From contig JADEZP010000001.1 of NCBI GenBank assembly GCA_015206805.1, positions 219 through 64,218 of the forward strand: 64,000 bases of DNA, written 5' to 3'. The notes beneath the pieces are model-generated. The model made no database searches and was not told the DNA's origin. It saw nothing but the letters and a program-made list of their open reading frames with translations. This DNA comes from Quinella sp. 1Q7 (GTDB lineage: Bacteria > Bacillota > Negativicutes > Selenomonadales > Selenomonadaceae). A program made the position numbers and the translations under genes. Positions 35,931-48,100 of the stretch are shown here, piece by piece (position 1 is the stretch's first letter; every line of letters starts with the position of its first letter).

Positions 35931-36015
35931 ATCGTCACCCGACACGTAAAAAGGAGTCGTCTCAATCGAGGCGGCTCCTACATTGCAATGTGCCGGCGCG
36001 AAATCGGCGTCAAAG

Positions 36016-36075
36016 CGACACATCACGCAATAAAAAATCCCCCGACGTTCAATCGAGCGTTGGGGGATAATTTTT
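36016..36075. terminator. conserved intergenic element copy 3 (bidirectional terminator)
   Basis: CGACACATCACGCAATAAAAAATCCC, then hairpin CCCCGACGTTCAATCGAGCGTTGGGGG, then ATAATTTTT. Lies between the convergent RTX-like gene and the brnA-like gene. Confidence 0.6.
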
Positions 36076-36089
36076 ATGTCACGAACTGT

Positions 36090-36275
36090 TCAGCTTGCCG
36101 CCTGCTTCGGGCGGGGATTCACGCGCCGAAATTTTTTTAACTGTTCATCTGTTTGCGGCGGACAATCTTCATCATAAACAATATCGTCGTCGCTCATATT
36201 TGATAATGCGTCGAGCTCTGCTTTTTGTTCAGGTGTCAATGGTGCTCCAACGTCGATCCATTTATAAACCAGCAT
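36090..36275 (-). CDS. BrnA-like (DUF4415-like) antitoxin
   Basis: 61 aa. DDDIVYDEDCPPQTDEQLKKFRRVNPRPK resembles BrnA antitoxin family proteins. 14-nt overlap with the upstream toxin-like ORF. Confidence 0.5.
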   Translation of the reverse strand: MLVYKWIDVGAPLTPEQKAELDALSNMSDDDIVYDEDCPPQTDEQLKKFRRVNPRPKQAAS

Positions 36276-36504
36276 AATAATCGCTCCTTTCTTTGGCAGT
36301 TGCAGGTCTTGCCGTGATTAATCTTGTAACGTTGGTGTTATCGGCATTGACACGTTCAGTGTAGACGACGAACAAAATTTCTCTAACGCGCCCGATAGTT
36401 ATCCAGCGGTCTTCGCCGTCGGAATGTTCGTCGTCGCGAAATACAATTAAATCGTCGTCGGCAAAAATTAAAGCCGCCCGAAGGCGACCTAATTCATAAT
36501 TCAT
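36262..36504 (-). CDS. BrnT/DUF497-family toxin-like protein, N-terminally short
   Basis: 80 aa. DDEHSDGEDRWITIG...LFVVYTER...TRLITARPATAKERSDYY matches the BrnT core. The usual N-terminal FEWD..K...N..KHG segment is missing. Confidence 0.55.
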   Translation of the reverse strand: MNYELGRLRAALIFADDDLIVFRDDEHSDGEDRWITIGRVREILFVVYTERVNADNTNVTRLITARPATAKERSDYYAGL

Positions 36505-36526
36505 AATTCCTAATTAATAATTGAAT

Positions 36527-39500
36527 TCACGCCAAGGCGTCGCCGCCGCCGACGTAATCTTGCAGGGCGAGCGAGTAAACAAGGCGTCTGTCGCGCATGA
36601 AGGTCAGCACGCGCATAACTTCCCACGCGGTATCGAGACTTGTAAGGCAGGGCACGCCGAGTTCGACTGTTGCGCGACGAATGCGGAAGCCGTCCTTTGC
36701 GATATGTTTGCCGGGAGCTTGCGTATTAACGACCATGTGAATTTTGCCGAGCTTAATCATCTGAATGATGTCCGAGCTGCGCTGATGAACTTTGCCGACG
36801 ACCTCCGCGTCAATGCCGATTGACTGCAAAGCTTTGGCGGTGCCTTCCGTCGCGACGAGCTTAAAGCCGAGTTCGTAGAAGGCTTTGGCGAGCTGTTTCA
36901 TTTCGTCCTTGTCCTTGTCGGCGACGGTGAACAGTATGCAACCGTGCTTCGGAATGTTCATGCCCGCGCCCGTTATCGCCTTGTACAGCGCGCGAGCGTA
37001 GTGATAATCGATGCCCATGACTTCGCCCGTCGACTTCATTTCGGGACCGAGCGATATGTCAACGTCCTGCATCTTCGCGAAGGAGAACACGGGGGCTTTG
37101 ACGGCGACATAAGGTTTCGGCTCAACAAGTCCCGAATAGTAGCCCATTGTCTTGAGTTTCGCGCCGAGTGCAACCCGCGTCGCGACGTTGACCATTTTAA
37201 TATCGGTGACCTTGCTCAAGAACGGAACAGTGCGGCTTGAACGCGGATTGACCTCAATGACGTAAACTTTGCCGTCCGCGACGACGTATTGAATGTTGAG
37301 CAGACCTTTGACGTGGAGCGCAAGTGCCATGCGCTTTGTGTAGTCGGTTATCGTGTAAATGACTTTCGACGGGAGAGTTTGCGGCGGATAAACGGCAATG
37401 CTGTCGCCGCTGTGGACGCCCGCGCGTTCGACGTGTTCCATTATGCCGGGAATGACGACGTCGACGCCGTCACTTATCGCGTCAACCTCGACCTCGGTGC
37501 CCTGCATGTATCTGTCGACAAGCACGGGGTGATCGGGCGTGACTTTGACGGCGCGGCTCATGTAGTCGCGGAGTTCGTCCTCGTTGTAGACGATTTCCAT
37601 TGCCCTGCCGCCGAGAACGTAACTTGGGCGCACCATGACGGGGTAGCCAATCTGCGCGGCACCCGTTATCGCGTCGTCAAGGTTTGTGACGCTGATACCT
37701 TTCGGGCGCGGAATGTTGAGTTCCGTAAGCATTTCGTCGAAGCGTTCGCGGTCTTCGGCACGGTCAATGTCGTCGACGCTCGTACCGAAAATTCTCACGC
37801 CCGCCGCCGCCAAACTTGCCGCAAGATTAATCGCCGTCTGCCCGCCGAATTGCACGATAACTCCGTCGGGCTGTTCCTTGTCGATGATGTTCAAAACGTC
37901 TTCAGTCGTCAGCGGCTCGAAATAAAGCTTGTCGGATATGTCAAAGTCCGTCGACACCGTTTCGGGATTGTTGTTGATTATAATCGCCTCAATGCCCGCC
38001 TCGCGCAGTGCCCAGACCGAATGCACGGAGCAATAATCGAACTCGACGCCCTGCCCGATACGAATCGGACCTGAACCTAAAACGATGATTTTATGTTTGT
38101 CGCTGACGGTCACCTCGTCGAATTCGCCGCGATACGTGGAGTAGTAGTAGGGCGTCGCCGCCTCGAATTCAGCCGCGCAGGTGTCGACCATCTTGTACAC
38201 GGGCAGAATCTTGAACTGCTTGCGCATGTCGCGAACGTCGTTAAGCGTCGTGCCCGTGAGCTCGGCGATTGAAACGTCCGCAAGCCCGACCATTTTGGCA
38301 TCGCGCAGATTTTTGGCGTTGAGTTCACCTTTCGACAGGCGAACTTCCATATCCGTGATATTTTTGATTTTGTCGATAAACCAGCGGTCAATCTTCGTGA
38401 TGTCGGCAATTTCGTCCGTCGTGACGATGTTCCTGCGCAGTGCCTCCGCGATAAGGAACAGCCGTTCGTCGTCAATGCGGGCAAGACGTTTGCGAATCTT
38501 GTCGTCGTCCCAATCGTCCATTTTCGACATGTGCAGACGATTAACGCCGATTTCGAGACTGCGGACGGCTTTAAGAATCGCGCCTTCAAACGTGCGGTCA
38601 AGGCTCATGACTTCGCCCGTCGCCTTCATTTGCGTGCCAAGCGTCGTGTCGGCGTAAACAAACTTGTCGAAGGGCCAGCGCGGGAACTTGACGACGATAT
38701 AATCAACGGACGGCTCAAAGCAAGCGCGCGTCTTTTTCGTGACGGCGTTGACAATTTCGTCGAGCGTGTAGCCGATTGCGATTTTGACGCTGACTTTGGC
38801 AATGGGATAGCCCGTCGCCTTACTTGCCAACGCGCTTGAGCGACTGACGCGCGGATTGACTTCAATGACGTAATAGCTGTCGCTTTTCGGGTCAAGCGCG
38901 AATTGAATGTTGCAACCGCCCTCAATCTCCAACGCACGAATGATTTTCAGACTTGCCGAGCGCAACAGTTGATATTCGTGGTCGTTGAGCGTCTGCGTCG
39001 GTGCGACGACGATACTGTCGCCCGTGTGCACGCCGACGGGGTCGAAATTTTCCATTGAGCAAATCGTTATGCAGGTGTCGTTGCCGTCGCGCATAACTTC
39101 GTACTCAATTTCCTTCCAGCCGGCGATTGACCGTTCAATCAGCACCTGCCCAATCATTGAATATTTGAGCCCGCGCAGGGTCGTTTCGATAAGTTCTTCT
39201 TCGTTGTTGACAATGCCGCCGCCCGTGCCGCCGAGTGTGTAAGCGGGTCGAACAATCAGCGGGTAGCCGATTTGGTTGGCGAAGTCAATCGCGCCGTGAA
39301 TGTCCTCAACGATTGTCGATTCGGGTATCGGCTCCCCAATGCGCTCCATCGTCTCCTTGAAAAGTTCGCGGTCTTCGGCGCGTTTAATGGCGGTGATTGA
39401 CGTGCCCAAAAGTTCGACGCCGAATTTTTTCAGCACGCCGCTTTCCGCAAGTTGCACGGCAAGATTAAGTCCCGCCTGCCCGCCGAGTGTCGCAAGCAGT

Positions 39501-39754
39501 CCGTCGGGACGTTCCTTTTCGATTATCGCGGCAAGGAAGTCGACAGTCAGCGGCTCAATGTAAACGCGGTCGGCAATGTTTGCGTCGGTCATTATCGTTG
39601 CGGGATTTGAATTGACGAGGACGACTTGCAAGCCCTCCTCCTTGAGCGAACGGCAAGCTTGCGAGCCCGCGTAATCGAACTCCGCCGCCTGCCCAATGAC
39701 AATCGGTCCGGAACCGATAACGAGAATTTTATTGAGATTTTTTTTCTTAGGCAA
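36527..39754 (-). CDS. carB: carbamoyl-phosphate synthase large subunit
   Basis: 1075 aa with two ATP-grasp halves and an MGS-like domain, colinear with CarB. TTG start 8 nt after an AAGGAGG SD inside the carA end. Confidence 0.95.
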   Translation of the reverse strand: MPKKKNLNKILVIGSGPIVIGQAAEFDYAGSQACRSLKEEGLQVVLVNSNPATIMTDANIADRVYIEPLTVDFLAAIIEKERPDGLLATLGGQAGLNLAVQLAESGVLKKFGVELLGTSITAIKRAEDRELFKETMERIGEPIPESTIVEDIHGAIDFANQIGYPLIVRPAYTLGGTGGGIVNNEEELIETTLRGLKYSMIGQVLIERSIAGWKEIEYEVMRDGNDTCITICSMENFDPVGVHTGDSIVVAPTQTLNDHEYQLLRSASLKIIRALEIEGGCNIQFALDPKSDSYYVIEVNPRVSRSSALASKATGYPIAKVSVKIAIGYTLDEIVNAVTKKTRACFEPSVDYIVVKFPRWPFDKFVYADTTLGTQMKATGEVMSLDRTFEGAILKAVRSLEIGVNRLHMSKMDDWDDDKIRKRLARIDDERLFLIAEALRRNIVTTDEIADITKIDRWFIDKIKNITDMEVRLSKGELNAKNLRDAKMVGLADVSIAELTGTTLNDVRDMRKQFKILPVYKMVDTCAAEFEAATPYYYSTYRGEFDEVTVSDKHKIIVLGSGPIRIGQGVEFDYCSVHSVWALREAGIEAIIINNNPETVSTDFDISDKLYFEPLTTEDVLNIIDKEQPDGVIVQFGGQTAINLAASLAAAGVRIFGTSVDDIDRAEDRERFDEMLTELNIPRPKGISVTNLDDAITGAAQIGYPVMVRPSYVLGGRAMEIVYNEDELRDYMSRAVKVTPDHPVLVDRYMQGTEVEVDAISDGVDVVIPGIMEHVERAGVHSGDSIAVYPPQTLPSKVIYTITDYTKRMALALHVKGLLNIQYVVADGKVYVIEVNPRSSRTVPFLSKVTDIKMVNVATRVALGAKLKTMGYYSGLVEPKPYVAVKAPVFSFAKMQDVDISLGPEMKSTGEVMGIDYHYARALYKAITGAGMNIPKHGCILFTVADKDKDEMKQLAKAFYELGFKLVATEGTAKALQSIGIDAEVVGKVHQRSSDIIQMIKLGKIHMVVNTQAPGKHIAKDGFRIRRATVELGVPCLTSLDTAWEVMRVLTFMRDRRLVYSLALQDYVGGGDALA

Positions 39755-39758
39755 AGTG

Positions 39759-40850
39759 TCAAACCTCCTTGGCGGCGCGCATTTGATTTATAAATTCGTC
39801 GAACAGTCGGACGCTGTCGTTCGGACCGGGCGCGGCTTCGGGATGATATTGCACGCTTGCTATCGGCAACGACGTGTGGCGCACGCCCTCAACCGTGCCG
39901 TCATTCAGTGAAACGTGCGTGACTTTGACGGGCAAGCCCTGCAGTGACTTCGCGTCGACGGCGTAACCGTGATTCTGCGACGTGATTGCAACTTTGCCCG
40001 TCTCAAGATTTTTCACGGGCTGATTGCAACCGCGATGCCCGAATTTCAATTTGTAGGTGTTCGCGCCCATTGCCAACGCCATAATCTGATGCCCTAAGCA
40101 AATGCCGAACATCGGTCGCTTGCCGAAAAGTTTTTTGACTTCCGCGACGACGCTCGGAACGTCTTTCGGGTCGCCGGGACCGTTCGACAGGAAAATTCCG
40201 TCGGGATTGAGCGCGAGAATTTCTTCGGCGGTAGTTTTGGCGGGCACAACCGTCACGCGGCAATTCAGGCGGCGCAGGGCGTCCAAAATGTTGCGCTTGA
40301 TACCGAAATCCATTGTCACGACGTAAAGCGAATTCTTGCCCGCGTCAATCGTGTAGCTTACGGGCGTCGTAACCATCTCAACGACGTTTTTGCGAATCGG
40401 CAACGCCATCATCTCGTCGATTGTCGTCTGCGAAGTGTATTCGCTGACAATGACGCCCTTCATTGTGCCGGCGGAGCGAATTTTTTTCGCAAGCGCGCGC
40501 GTGTCGACATCATAGAGGCAGGGAATTTTTTCCGCCGTGAGGAATTCGGACAACGTCTTTTGCATTGACGAACTCGACGGTTTTTCGCAAATCTCCCCGA
40601 CAATCAAGCCGCCGACGAAACTTTTGCGGCTCTGGTTGAATTGTTTGGCGGTGCCGTAGTTGCCGACGAGCGGGTAGGTCAGCGTGACAATCTGTCGGCA
40701 ATACGACGGATCGGTCAAAATTTCTTGATAGCCCGTCATGCCCGTGTTGAAGACGACTTCGCCTTCGGTCGTGGCGTTTGAGCCGCCGAACAGTTGCCCG
40801 CGAAAGGTCGTGCCGTCCTGCAGTATCAATTTACCTTTCAAAGTTTTCAC
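39759..40850 (-). CDS. carA: carbamoyl-phosphate synthase small (glutamine amidotransferase) subunit
   Basis: 363 aa. GICLGHQ catalytic Cys motif and [11 protein letters not shown] start. Confidence 0.95.
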   Translation of the reverse strand: MKTLKGKLILQDGTTFRGQLFGGSNATTEGEVVFNTGMTGYQEILTDPSYCRQIVTLTYPLVGNYGTAKQFNQSRKSFVGGLIVGEICEKPSSSSMQKTLSEFLTAEKIPCLYDVDTRALAKKIRSAGTMKGVIVSEYTSQTTIDEMMALPIRKNVVEMVTTPVSYTIDAGKNSLYVVTMDFGIKRNILDALRRLNCRVTVVPAKTTAEEILALNPDGIFLSNGPGDPKDVPSVVAEVKKLFGKRPMFGICLGHQIMALAMGANTYKLKFGHRGCNQPVKNLETGKVAITSQNHGYAVDAKSLQGLPVKVTHVSLNDGTVEGVRHTSLPIASVQYHPEAAPGPNDSVRLFDEFINQMRAAKEV

Positions 40851-41009
40851 CTACTAAATCTGAAATATTTTTGTTATACTTGCGGCGAAAGTTTATCACA
40901 CGGCGTGCGCCATTGCAAACAAAATGCCGTCCGCCCGCCGAATAATTCTGTATACACTGCGGCGTGCCGAGCCGTCCGAACGTTTCAATTTCGATTGAGT
41001 ATTATTGAA

Positions 41010-41121
41010 CTACTTTTTCTTTGCTTGTCCAAAGAAAAAGTAGCAAAAAGAAAGACAGCCGCCTACGAAAACGTCACGTTTTCTAACGGCGGCGACCACG
41101 GCCGCGCGTCCATGCGCGGCC
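41010..41121. promoter_or_regulatory. cluster of three perfect inverted repeats in the carA/comFC divergent intergenic region
   Basis: Three repeats. (1) CTACTTTTTCTTT-8 nt-AAAGAAAAAGTAG (41010-41043). (2) GAAAACGT-C-ACGTTTTC (41067-41083). (3) GGCCGCGC-6 nt-GCGCGGCC (41100-41121). None is followed by a U-run on either strand. Confidence 0.35.
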
Positions 41122-41156
41122 TCAAATGTTGCAATCAATCAAGCGGGTGATCGATT

Positions 41157-41849
41157 ATGAATTTTTTGCGCGAACTGTGGGACGCGGTGATTTATTTTCT
41201 GTTCCCGCCACGCTGTCCCGTGTGCCGCGAATTTGCCGACGAACGCTATCAGCTGTGCGCGGCGTGTCAACAAAAAATTCTGCGCCTCGACCTGTACGAC
41301 CAAAAAGTTCCGCCGATTGATAAAGTCCTGCGCGTGACGAAATATCGCGGCGGCTCCCGTGAAATGTTGCGCGCGCTGAAGTTCGACGACAATTTACGCG
41401 TCGTGCCCGCAATGAAAAAAATCCTCGACGACGTTTCCGACCGCACGGAAATTTTATCGCTGCTTGCCGCCGTCGACTGCGCGACGATTGTACCGTTGCA
41501 CGCCGATCGTCTCAAGGAACGCGGCTTCAATCAAACGGAGCTCATCTTCGGCGAATGGCTCGCGAAAAAAAATTTGCCGCCGAAAAATTTTCTGATACGT
41601 GCAATCGCGACGCCGAAACTTTACAACCTCGGTAAGGCGGAGCGTCAAAAAGTTTTGAGCGGAGTTTTCGCGCCGCTTGAGCCCGTCGACCTGCGCGGGC
41701 AAAAAATTTTGATCGTCGACGACATCTTCACGACGGGCACCACTTGCCGCGAATGTGCCACGGTCTTGAAATCACTCGGCGCGGAAAAAATTTTCGTGCT
41801 CGCCTTCGCCGCCGACTTCGGCGAAAATCTCGGCGACAATCGCCGCTGA
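41157..41849 (+). CDS. comFC: ComF family protein (ComFC-type phosphoribosyltransferase-like)
   Basis: N-terminal CPVC...CAAC zinc-finger-like motif and PRT motif ILIVDDIFTTGTT. Confidence 0.85.
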   Translation: MNFLRELWDAVIYFLFPPRCPVCREFADERYQLCAACQQKILRLDLYDQKVPPIDKVLRVTKYRGGSREMLRALKFDDNLRVVPAMKKILDDVSDRTEILSLLAAVDCATIVPLHADRLKERGFNQTELIFGEWLAKKNLPPKNFLIRAIATPKLYNLGKAERQKVLSGVFAPLEPVDLRGQKILIVDDIFTTGTTCRECATVLKSLGAEKIFVLAFAADFGENLGDNRR

Positions 41850-42127
41850 AGTCGCGCAAATTATATTCCATATAACTTTTTAACTGCCGCCCTATTGTAC
41901 CCCGCCGGTTTACGCGCTATTATTTTCAGGATTTATTGGGCGTTTGGTGGACGTTCAATCTGTTCGGCGACAAAAAATTCTGTCGGGCACAATTCAAATG
42001 TCGGGGGGCATTCAAAATCGGTACTTTGTGGCGAACTGCTTGTCGAGGGGAATTTCCGGCGCAGTTCGTTGTTTTATTTTGAGCCGAAAAATTTTTTATA
42101 CCACATACGAGAAGGGAGTTCTGTTAC

Positions 42128-45100
42128 ATGAGCGATCAGTTCAATAATTTTAGTTTCGATCTCCAACGTTTCGACGGTCCGTCGTCCGTCTACTACAGCT
42201 TAATCGGCGAATCTTCTGCCGCTACTAAAGCCGGCGACAGTTTTTATTGGGGCGCAAGCGGCGCGTTAATTCAATTCGACGGTTCGCCGAGTGCGCTTCT
42301 TCAAGTCAATTACAGCACGTCAACGGCAGGCACATCAACTTACTACTCCGTTACCGAAATTGCCGATTGGGTGTCGTTGGCGGGCGCAAGTGCCGCTGAT
42401 TACAAGTTCGCGTCGATAAGCTCAACCGAAGGCTTCAACATTATCGGGCTCGGCGACAACACCGTCGAAGGGCTGACGTTCACGGGCGGTAGCTCAGTTC
42501 CGACGCTCCAATTCAGCGGCGCGGGCGACAGCTCGAAAGATTATCTCGATATTTATAACGGCGCACTAAGTAACATCGCTCTCGGCACTACAAGCGCGGC
42601 TTTCACGACCGAAGGCAACAGCTCAGGTGTCACGTGGTCGATTAACAGCTTGAGTCTCGCGCTCGACAAGGGCTTCACCTTTACGGGCGACAAAACTCTC
42701 GAACTCCTCGGCAACGACAACGCTACCGTCAACTTCACATACGCCAACGCCGTCAACAAAATTTTCGGGCTAAGCTCCAATACAATCGACGGCTTGGAAT
42801 TCACGATTGAAGGCAGCGGGACATCTTCCGTTTCGCTCGAATTCAGCGGCGCGGGCGCAAGCGATTATCTCGAAATATCGGACGGCTTGCTCGGCAACGT
42901 CGTCTTGGGCACGAGCGGCGCGGCTCTCACCGTCAACGAAAAAACTTATGACGGACAAAATTACACAACTGATGACGACACTCTTGGCTTACGCATCAAT
43001 AAAGAACGAATTGCCATTGACCAAGGCTTTAAATACAGCATCGAAGGCGAATCGTCCGACGCCGTTAAAACCGTTGAAATTTTGGCGGGCGGCACCAGCG
43101 TCATTGTCATGGATTCGGGCGACGCCAACAAAATTACTTTCGGCTCAACAAGCTATGCGACCCTGCAATTTGCTTCGAATACTTACGAATTTGTCAATGC
43201 AAGCGGTAGCGTCTACTTCACGTTAAAAAACGACGTGGGGGAAATCAATGGTTTCAATTTTGGCGGCAAGGGCGACGCGCTCTCCTTCAATGAAGCAGCA
43301 AATAATAATTTAAGTAACGGTGAAAAACTGTTCTATAAAGGTATTTCCTTTAAAGACAAAAGCGAGATTCTTTCCAATATAGACTTGGGTAACGGCGACA
43401 ACGAAAAGCTCGTTATGTTGTCTGACGACGGCAAGTTCATGTTCAGCGACCTCGTAGCAGGAGATAATATCCAATTTAACACCGATATTTTAATTAAATT
43501 TGAGGATACGGGCAATGCGGGCGGCTCGGTTGCTTTTGATGCTTTGTCGGGAACAATCACGAGTATTACCGTCGGCGAAAGCGGCATATTGACAATCACG
43601 GACGGAGACAATAGTTCTTACGGCATAAACGGCAACGACGTTATTGTCAACGACGCGGCTGTCAACGTCAGTTTCGGCACAACATCCGGCACTGAAAAAG
43701 GTTTTACATACAACAACCTCAACAGCGATAAACCAATTCTCGAACTGAATACATTCTTTAAACTCGACGAATTTGGCGACGAAGACAAAAACGAATTCGC
43801 CGTCAGCAAATGGGGCAAAGCCGTCGAACTCGCTATCGGCTGGACATCGGGCACCAACGTCACGCTCGGCAACGGCGACGACAGCGTCACGTTTATCCTC
43901 TCCACCAGCCCCGACGATCCCAATGGTTATATCTCTGATTACGAACTCCTCGGCAAGTTCACGTTCAGCGGCGAAAGCAAAGTTTCGGGCTTTATCTTCG
44001 GCGCGGACAGCGGCACCGACAGCATCATCTTCGACAAGACGTTGCTCAACACGGCGAGCTTTTCATTCGGCTACACGACCGACGGCTTCGGCAGCGCGAC
44101 TTACACATATCTCAACGTCCCGCATGTCACGTTGGCGGGCGCGGGTTCAGGTGCAGTGGCGCAGACGAGTGTTTCTGCGGCGTTTACGTTGGTTGTCGGC
44201 GGCGGCTCGGCGACGGTTGCTGACTACGACGCTTCCACGCAGGTTAAATTCGACGGCGGCACAAGCGGATTCTTCCAAATCGCTTTCGACACGAACGGCG
44301 AACTGCAAGGTATCACGCCCGTCGCGGCATTGAGCGGCGGCGCGTCGTCCTTGGCGGAAGGAATGGCGTTCACCGTCACGGGCAACACGACGGCGAACAG
44401 CGAAAGCGGTCTTTACTTCGGCTCGGCAAGCAACGTCGTCGCCATTGCAAGCGGCAGTTACATCTACACGCACTATTCACAGAGCAGCGCAGTTAAACTC
44501 GGCAACGACACAGACACGCTTTACGCATTGGCGGACGCAAAGACGCTCAACCTCGGCGGCACAAGCGGCGCAATTACCGACGCGCTGAACGGCACATCTT
44601 CAACGGACGACGATTTTACTTACCAATATCGCAGCGGCGGCAGTGCTTATTTCACAGTCGGCGCAAGCGCGTTGAGTGCGTTTGTCTTCGGTACGGTCAG
44701 CGACGCAATCGGTATGTCGGCGGGCAACAAGTTGGGGCTTGAATATGTCAACGGCACGTCGACAGCGGGTTTGAGCGTGCTTCCGACCGTCACGGGCACC
44801 AATACTTATTGGGTCGAAATGACGGGCGCAAGCGGCTCGGAATTCGCGATTAATGAATTCGGCGGCGCGGCGTCCGTTGCATTCGGCAGTGCGTCGTTCA
44901 CGTTCGCGGGCGGCTCCGACAACAGCGCGTTCATGTTTAACGCGGGCGGCTCGGCACTCGGCTTCAGCGCGGCGGCGGGCTCCGTTGCAATGAACATTGC
45001 GGCGGCGTCTTATCTTGCGGGCGGCGACTTCTCGATTAACGGCGCAAGCGTCGACATTGACGCACGAGGGCTCAACGGCACGCTGACTTACATTGCGGGC

Positions 45101-48100
45101 GAAAGCGCGTTGCTCGGCTTGGGCGACAAGAGCACCATTACCAACGCGGGCGACATCACGAAGATTTACGCGACGTCAAGTGCGGCGACATTCACATTCG
45201 GGAGCACGTCTTTCAGGGCGGACGCGGCGGGCACCTCGACGGGCGACCTTGCGTATTACGACGTGAACGGAGCTTCGGCGACGGGCTTCCACTTCATGAA
45301 GACAGCCGACTCGCTCACGTTGCCGGGCAGTGTCAGCGGCTTCAGCCTTTATGACGGCGCGAACGGCACGGGCTTCGACGCACCGACAGTTTCAGTGACG
45401 GCGGGCGGCTCGGAAGTTTCGTCGTACACCGTCGTTAAGCAGGCGGGCGATTCGTTGTTCGCAGTCGCCGGTTTGTCAGATGACAATTACGCCGAATTCG
45501 GACAAACGCATATCACGTTCGAGACGCTCTCCGCCGCGACGGGCGAAATTCTGTTCAACGTGCTCAACGCCCCGACAATCGCGCTCACGGGTATCAGCGG
45601 CTTGGTTGCCGACAACGACGCAGTTCGCGTCACGGGCGCGACGGGCGGCATAAGCATCATGGGCAAGACCGTCGAGATTGTCGGCGAAAGTTCGGGCTTC
45701 CTGTACACGAATCACGATACCGATACCGACACGATAACCGAAGTTTACGGCGACGCGACGATTAAAGCCGTTGCGGGCGCAAAAGTTATCGGCACGGCGG
45801 CAGGTCAGAGCGGGCTCGGTCAGTTCACGTTCAACATTGCAAGCGACAGCCAAATTTTCACGGTCGCGGGCGACGGCAAGAACGGCGTCAACTTCCAACT
45901 CGGCTCGGACAGCAAAGTTGTCGGCGTCAACGGCGTGGACAACGACGAATCAGTCACGGGCGCATTCTTCACGAACGGCAGCTTCAGCCTCAACAACGCG
46001 GCAGTCAGCATTGCGAACGACAGCACCTCCAACAAGACGAATTACACATTCTACGGCGCGTCGCTTGCGGGCTTGGTCAGCGGCGACAACGTCACGAAGG
46101 CGGGCGGCGTCAGCTACTTCATAACGTCAGAGTCGGGCGCATTTACAATCCTCAACACGGCAATGACAATCGGCGGCGACAGCTCGGTTGTCTTCGGCGT
46201 CAACGGCGGGCTCTCGACAATCAGCGGTCTCGACGGCGCGGACGCTTACGCTTACGGCAGTTTCAGCAACGCAATCACCGTCAACACCAAGTCCGTCAAA
46301 GTCACGGGCGACAATCTCATTGCGGTCTACGGCAACGCGGCGGCGAACGGCGTCGCGAAAATCGGCAGCTTGAGCGGCAATGTCGACGTCCTCAGCGCGG
46401 ACGATGTTACGATGGTCGGCGCGGACGGCGACGGTCAATTTACGTTCAGCTTCATGGGCAAGGGCGAAAGCTTTGCTATCGACGGCAACAGCTCTGCGGA
46501 TACTTGGTTTACGTTCGGCACGGACAGCGTCGTTGCAGGTATCAGCGGCATTGACGCGGGCGAAACCGTCACGGGCAGTTTCTCGAACGCGGCGATTGCA
46601 ATTAACAACGCGGCGACGCTCAAGATTGACGGCGACACCGACGGCAACAGCGTAACGTATGCGGGCACAAGCTTCATTGTTTACGACCTCAACGGCGGCG
46701 CGACGGTCAGTTCGGCAAGCGGCATTTACAGCGCGTGGACGGACACAATCGGCACGTCGGGCGCAAATTTCTGGTTCGGCAGCGTAAGCTTCGGCGTGGC
46801 GGGCGACAGCTCCAACGGCGTGCAATTTGTCCTTGATGGCGATTCGATTGTCGACAGCGTAACCGACCTCGACTTTGACGCGACACTGCGCGGCGGCTTG
46901 AGCAGTCTTCAGTCCGTCAACAACGCAAGCTTCAGCGTCGGCGGCGATGATAATTTCGGCGTTGTCGGCGGCACGGGCGCAAGCGGCATTCGCGCGATAA
47001 TCGACCTGTCGAACAATGCGACGGTCTCCAATGCGGGCGGCGCGACGTTGGCTGTCACCGATACGATTGCAAGCGGCGGCTCGCTGGCGATAATGTTCAA
47101 CAACACGGCGTTCACGATTGAAGGCGCGGACTCCGACGGCGTCAACTTCATTTTGAACAGCGCGGGCAGTGTCGTTGCAGTTGAAGACCTCGACGCCAAC
47201 GCGACACTTCGCGGCGACTTGACGGGCTTGAGCTCAATCAACGGCATATCGTTTGCAGTCGGCGGCGATACGAGTTTGGCGGTTGTCGGCGCGGCAAGCG
47301 GTATCAGCGCGATTCTCGACCTGTCGAACGGCGCGACACTGACGAATTCGGGCGGCGCGACTGTTGCCGTGACCGACACGGAAGGTCAATTCACCTTCGA
47401 CGGCAAAACATTCACGGTTGCGGGCGACAGCTCGGTTACGTTTGGATTGAGCGGCGTCGCGGTCACGGGCGTAAGCTACTTCGACGCTCCCGCGACAATC
47501 ACCGGCGAAATCAGCGGCTTGACGATTAACAACGACACTACACAAATCAACATCACGGGCGACAGCGACAGCATCTTCAGCTACGCGATTGACAGTGCAA
47601 GCGGCGCGACACTCGGCGGCGTCGGCGGCAGCTCGACGGTCGTAATTAACCACGCGGCGGGCGCGAACGTCGTTCAAGTCATCGACGCGAGCAACTATCA
47701 GTTCGGAACGGCGTCGGCATTCACGCTTGCCGGCACGAGTGCGGCGGTTGACTTCATGGTCAACAGCTTGAGCGTTACGGCAGTCGGCGGGCTCAACGAT
47801 ACAGAAACGCTCACGGGCTACGGCTTCGACAAGGTCGTTTCGATTAACGGCGCGACGTTCGACATCAAGGGCGACGCGGGCGATATGATGGTCGTCGGCA
47901 ACACGGGCGCAAGCGGCTTAACGGTTATCGGCAATGTCGGCTCAAGTGACGGCGTCACGATTAACAATGTCGGCGGCGCGTCGAAAGTCTCAACCGATTT
48001 GGACGGCGTCTTCAATTTCGTAAGCAACCTCATGCCGTTCACGGTCAGCGGCGATACGAACGTCGACTTCATCACGGCGGCTGGTCAATCGGCTTCCGTT

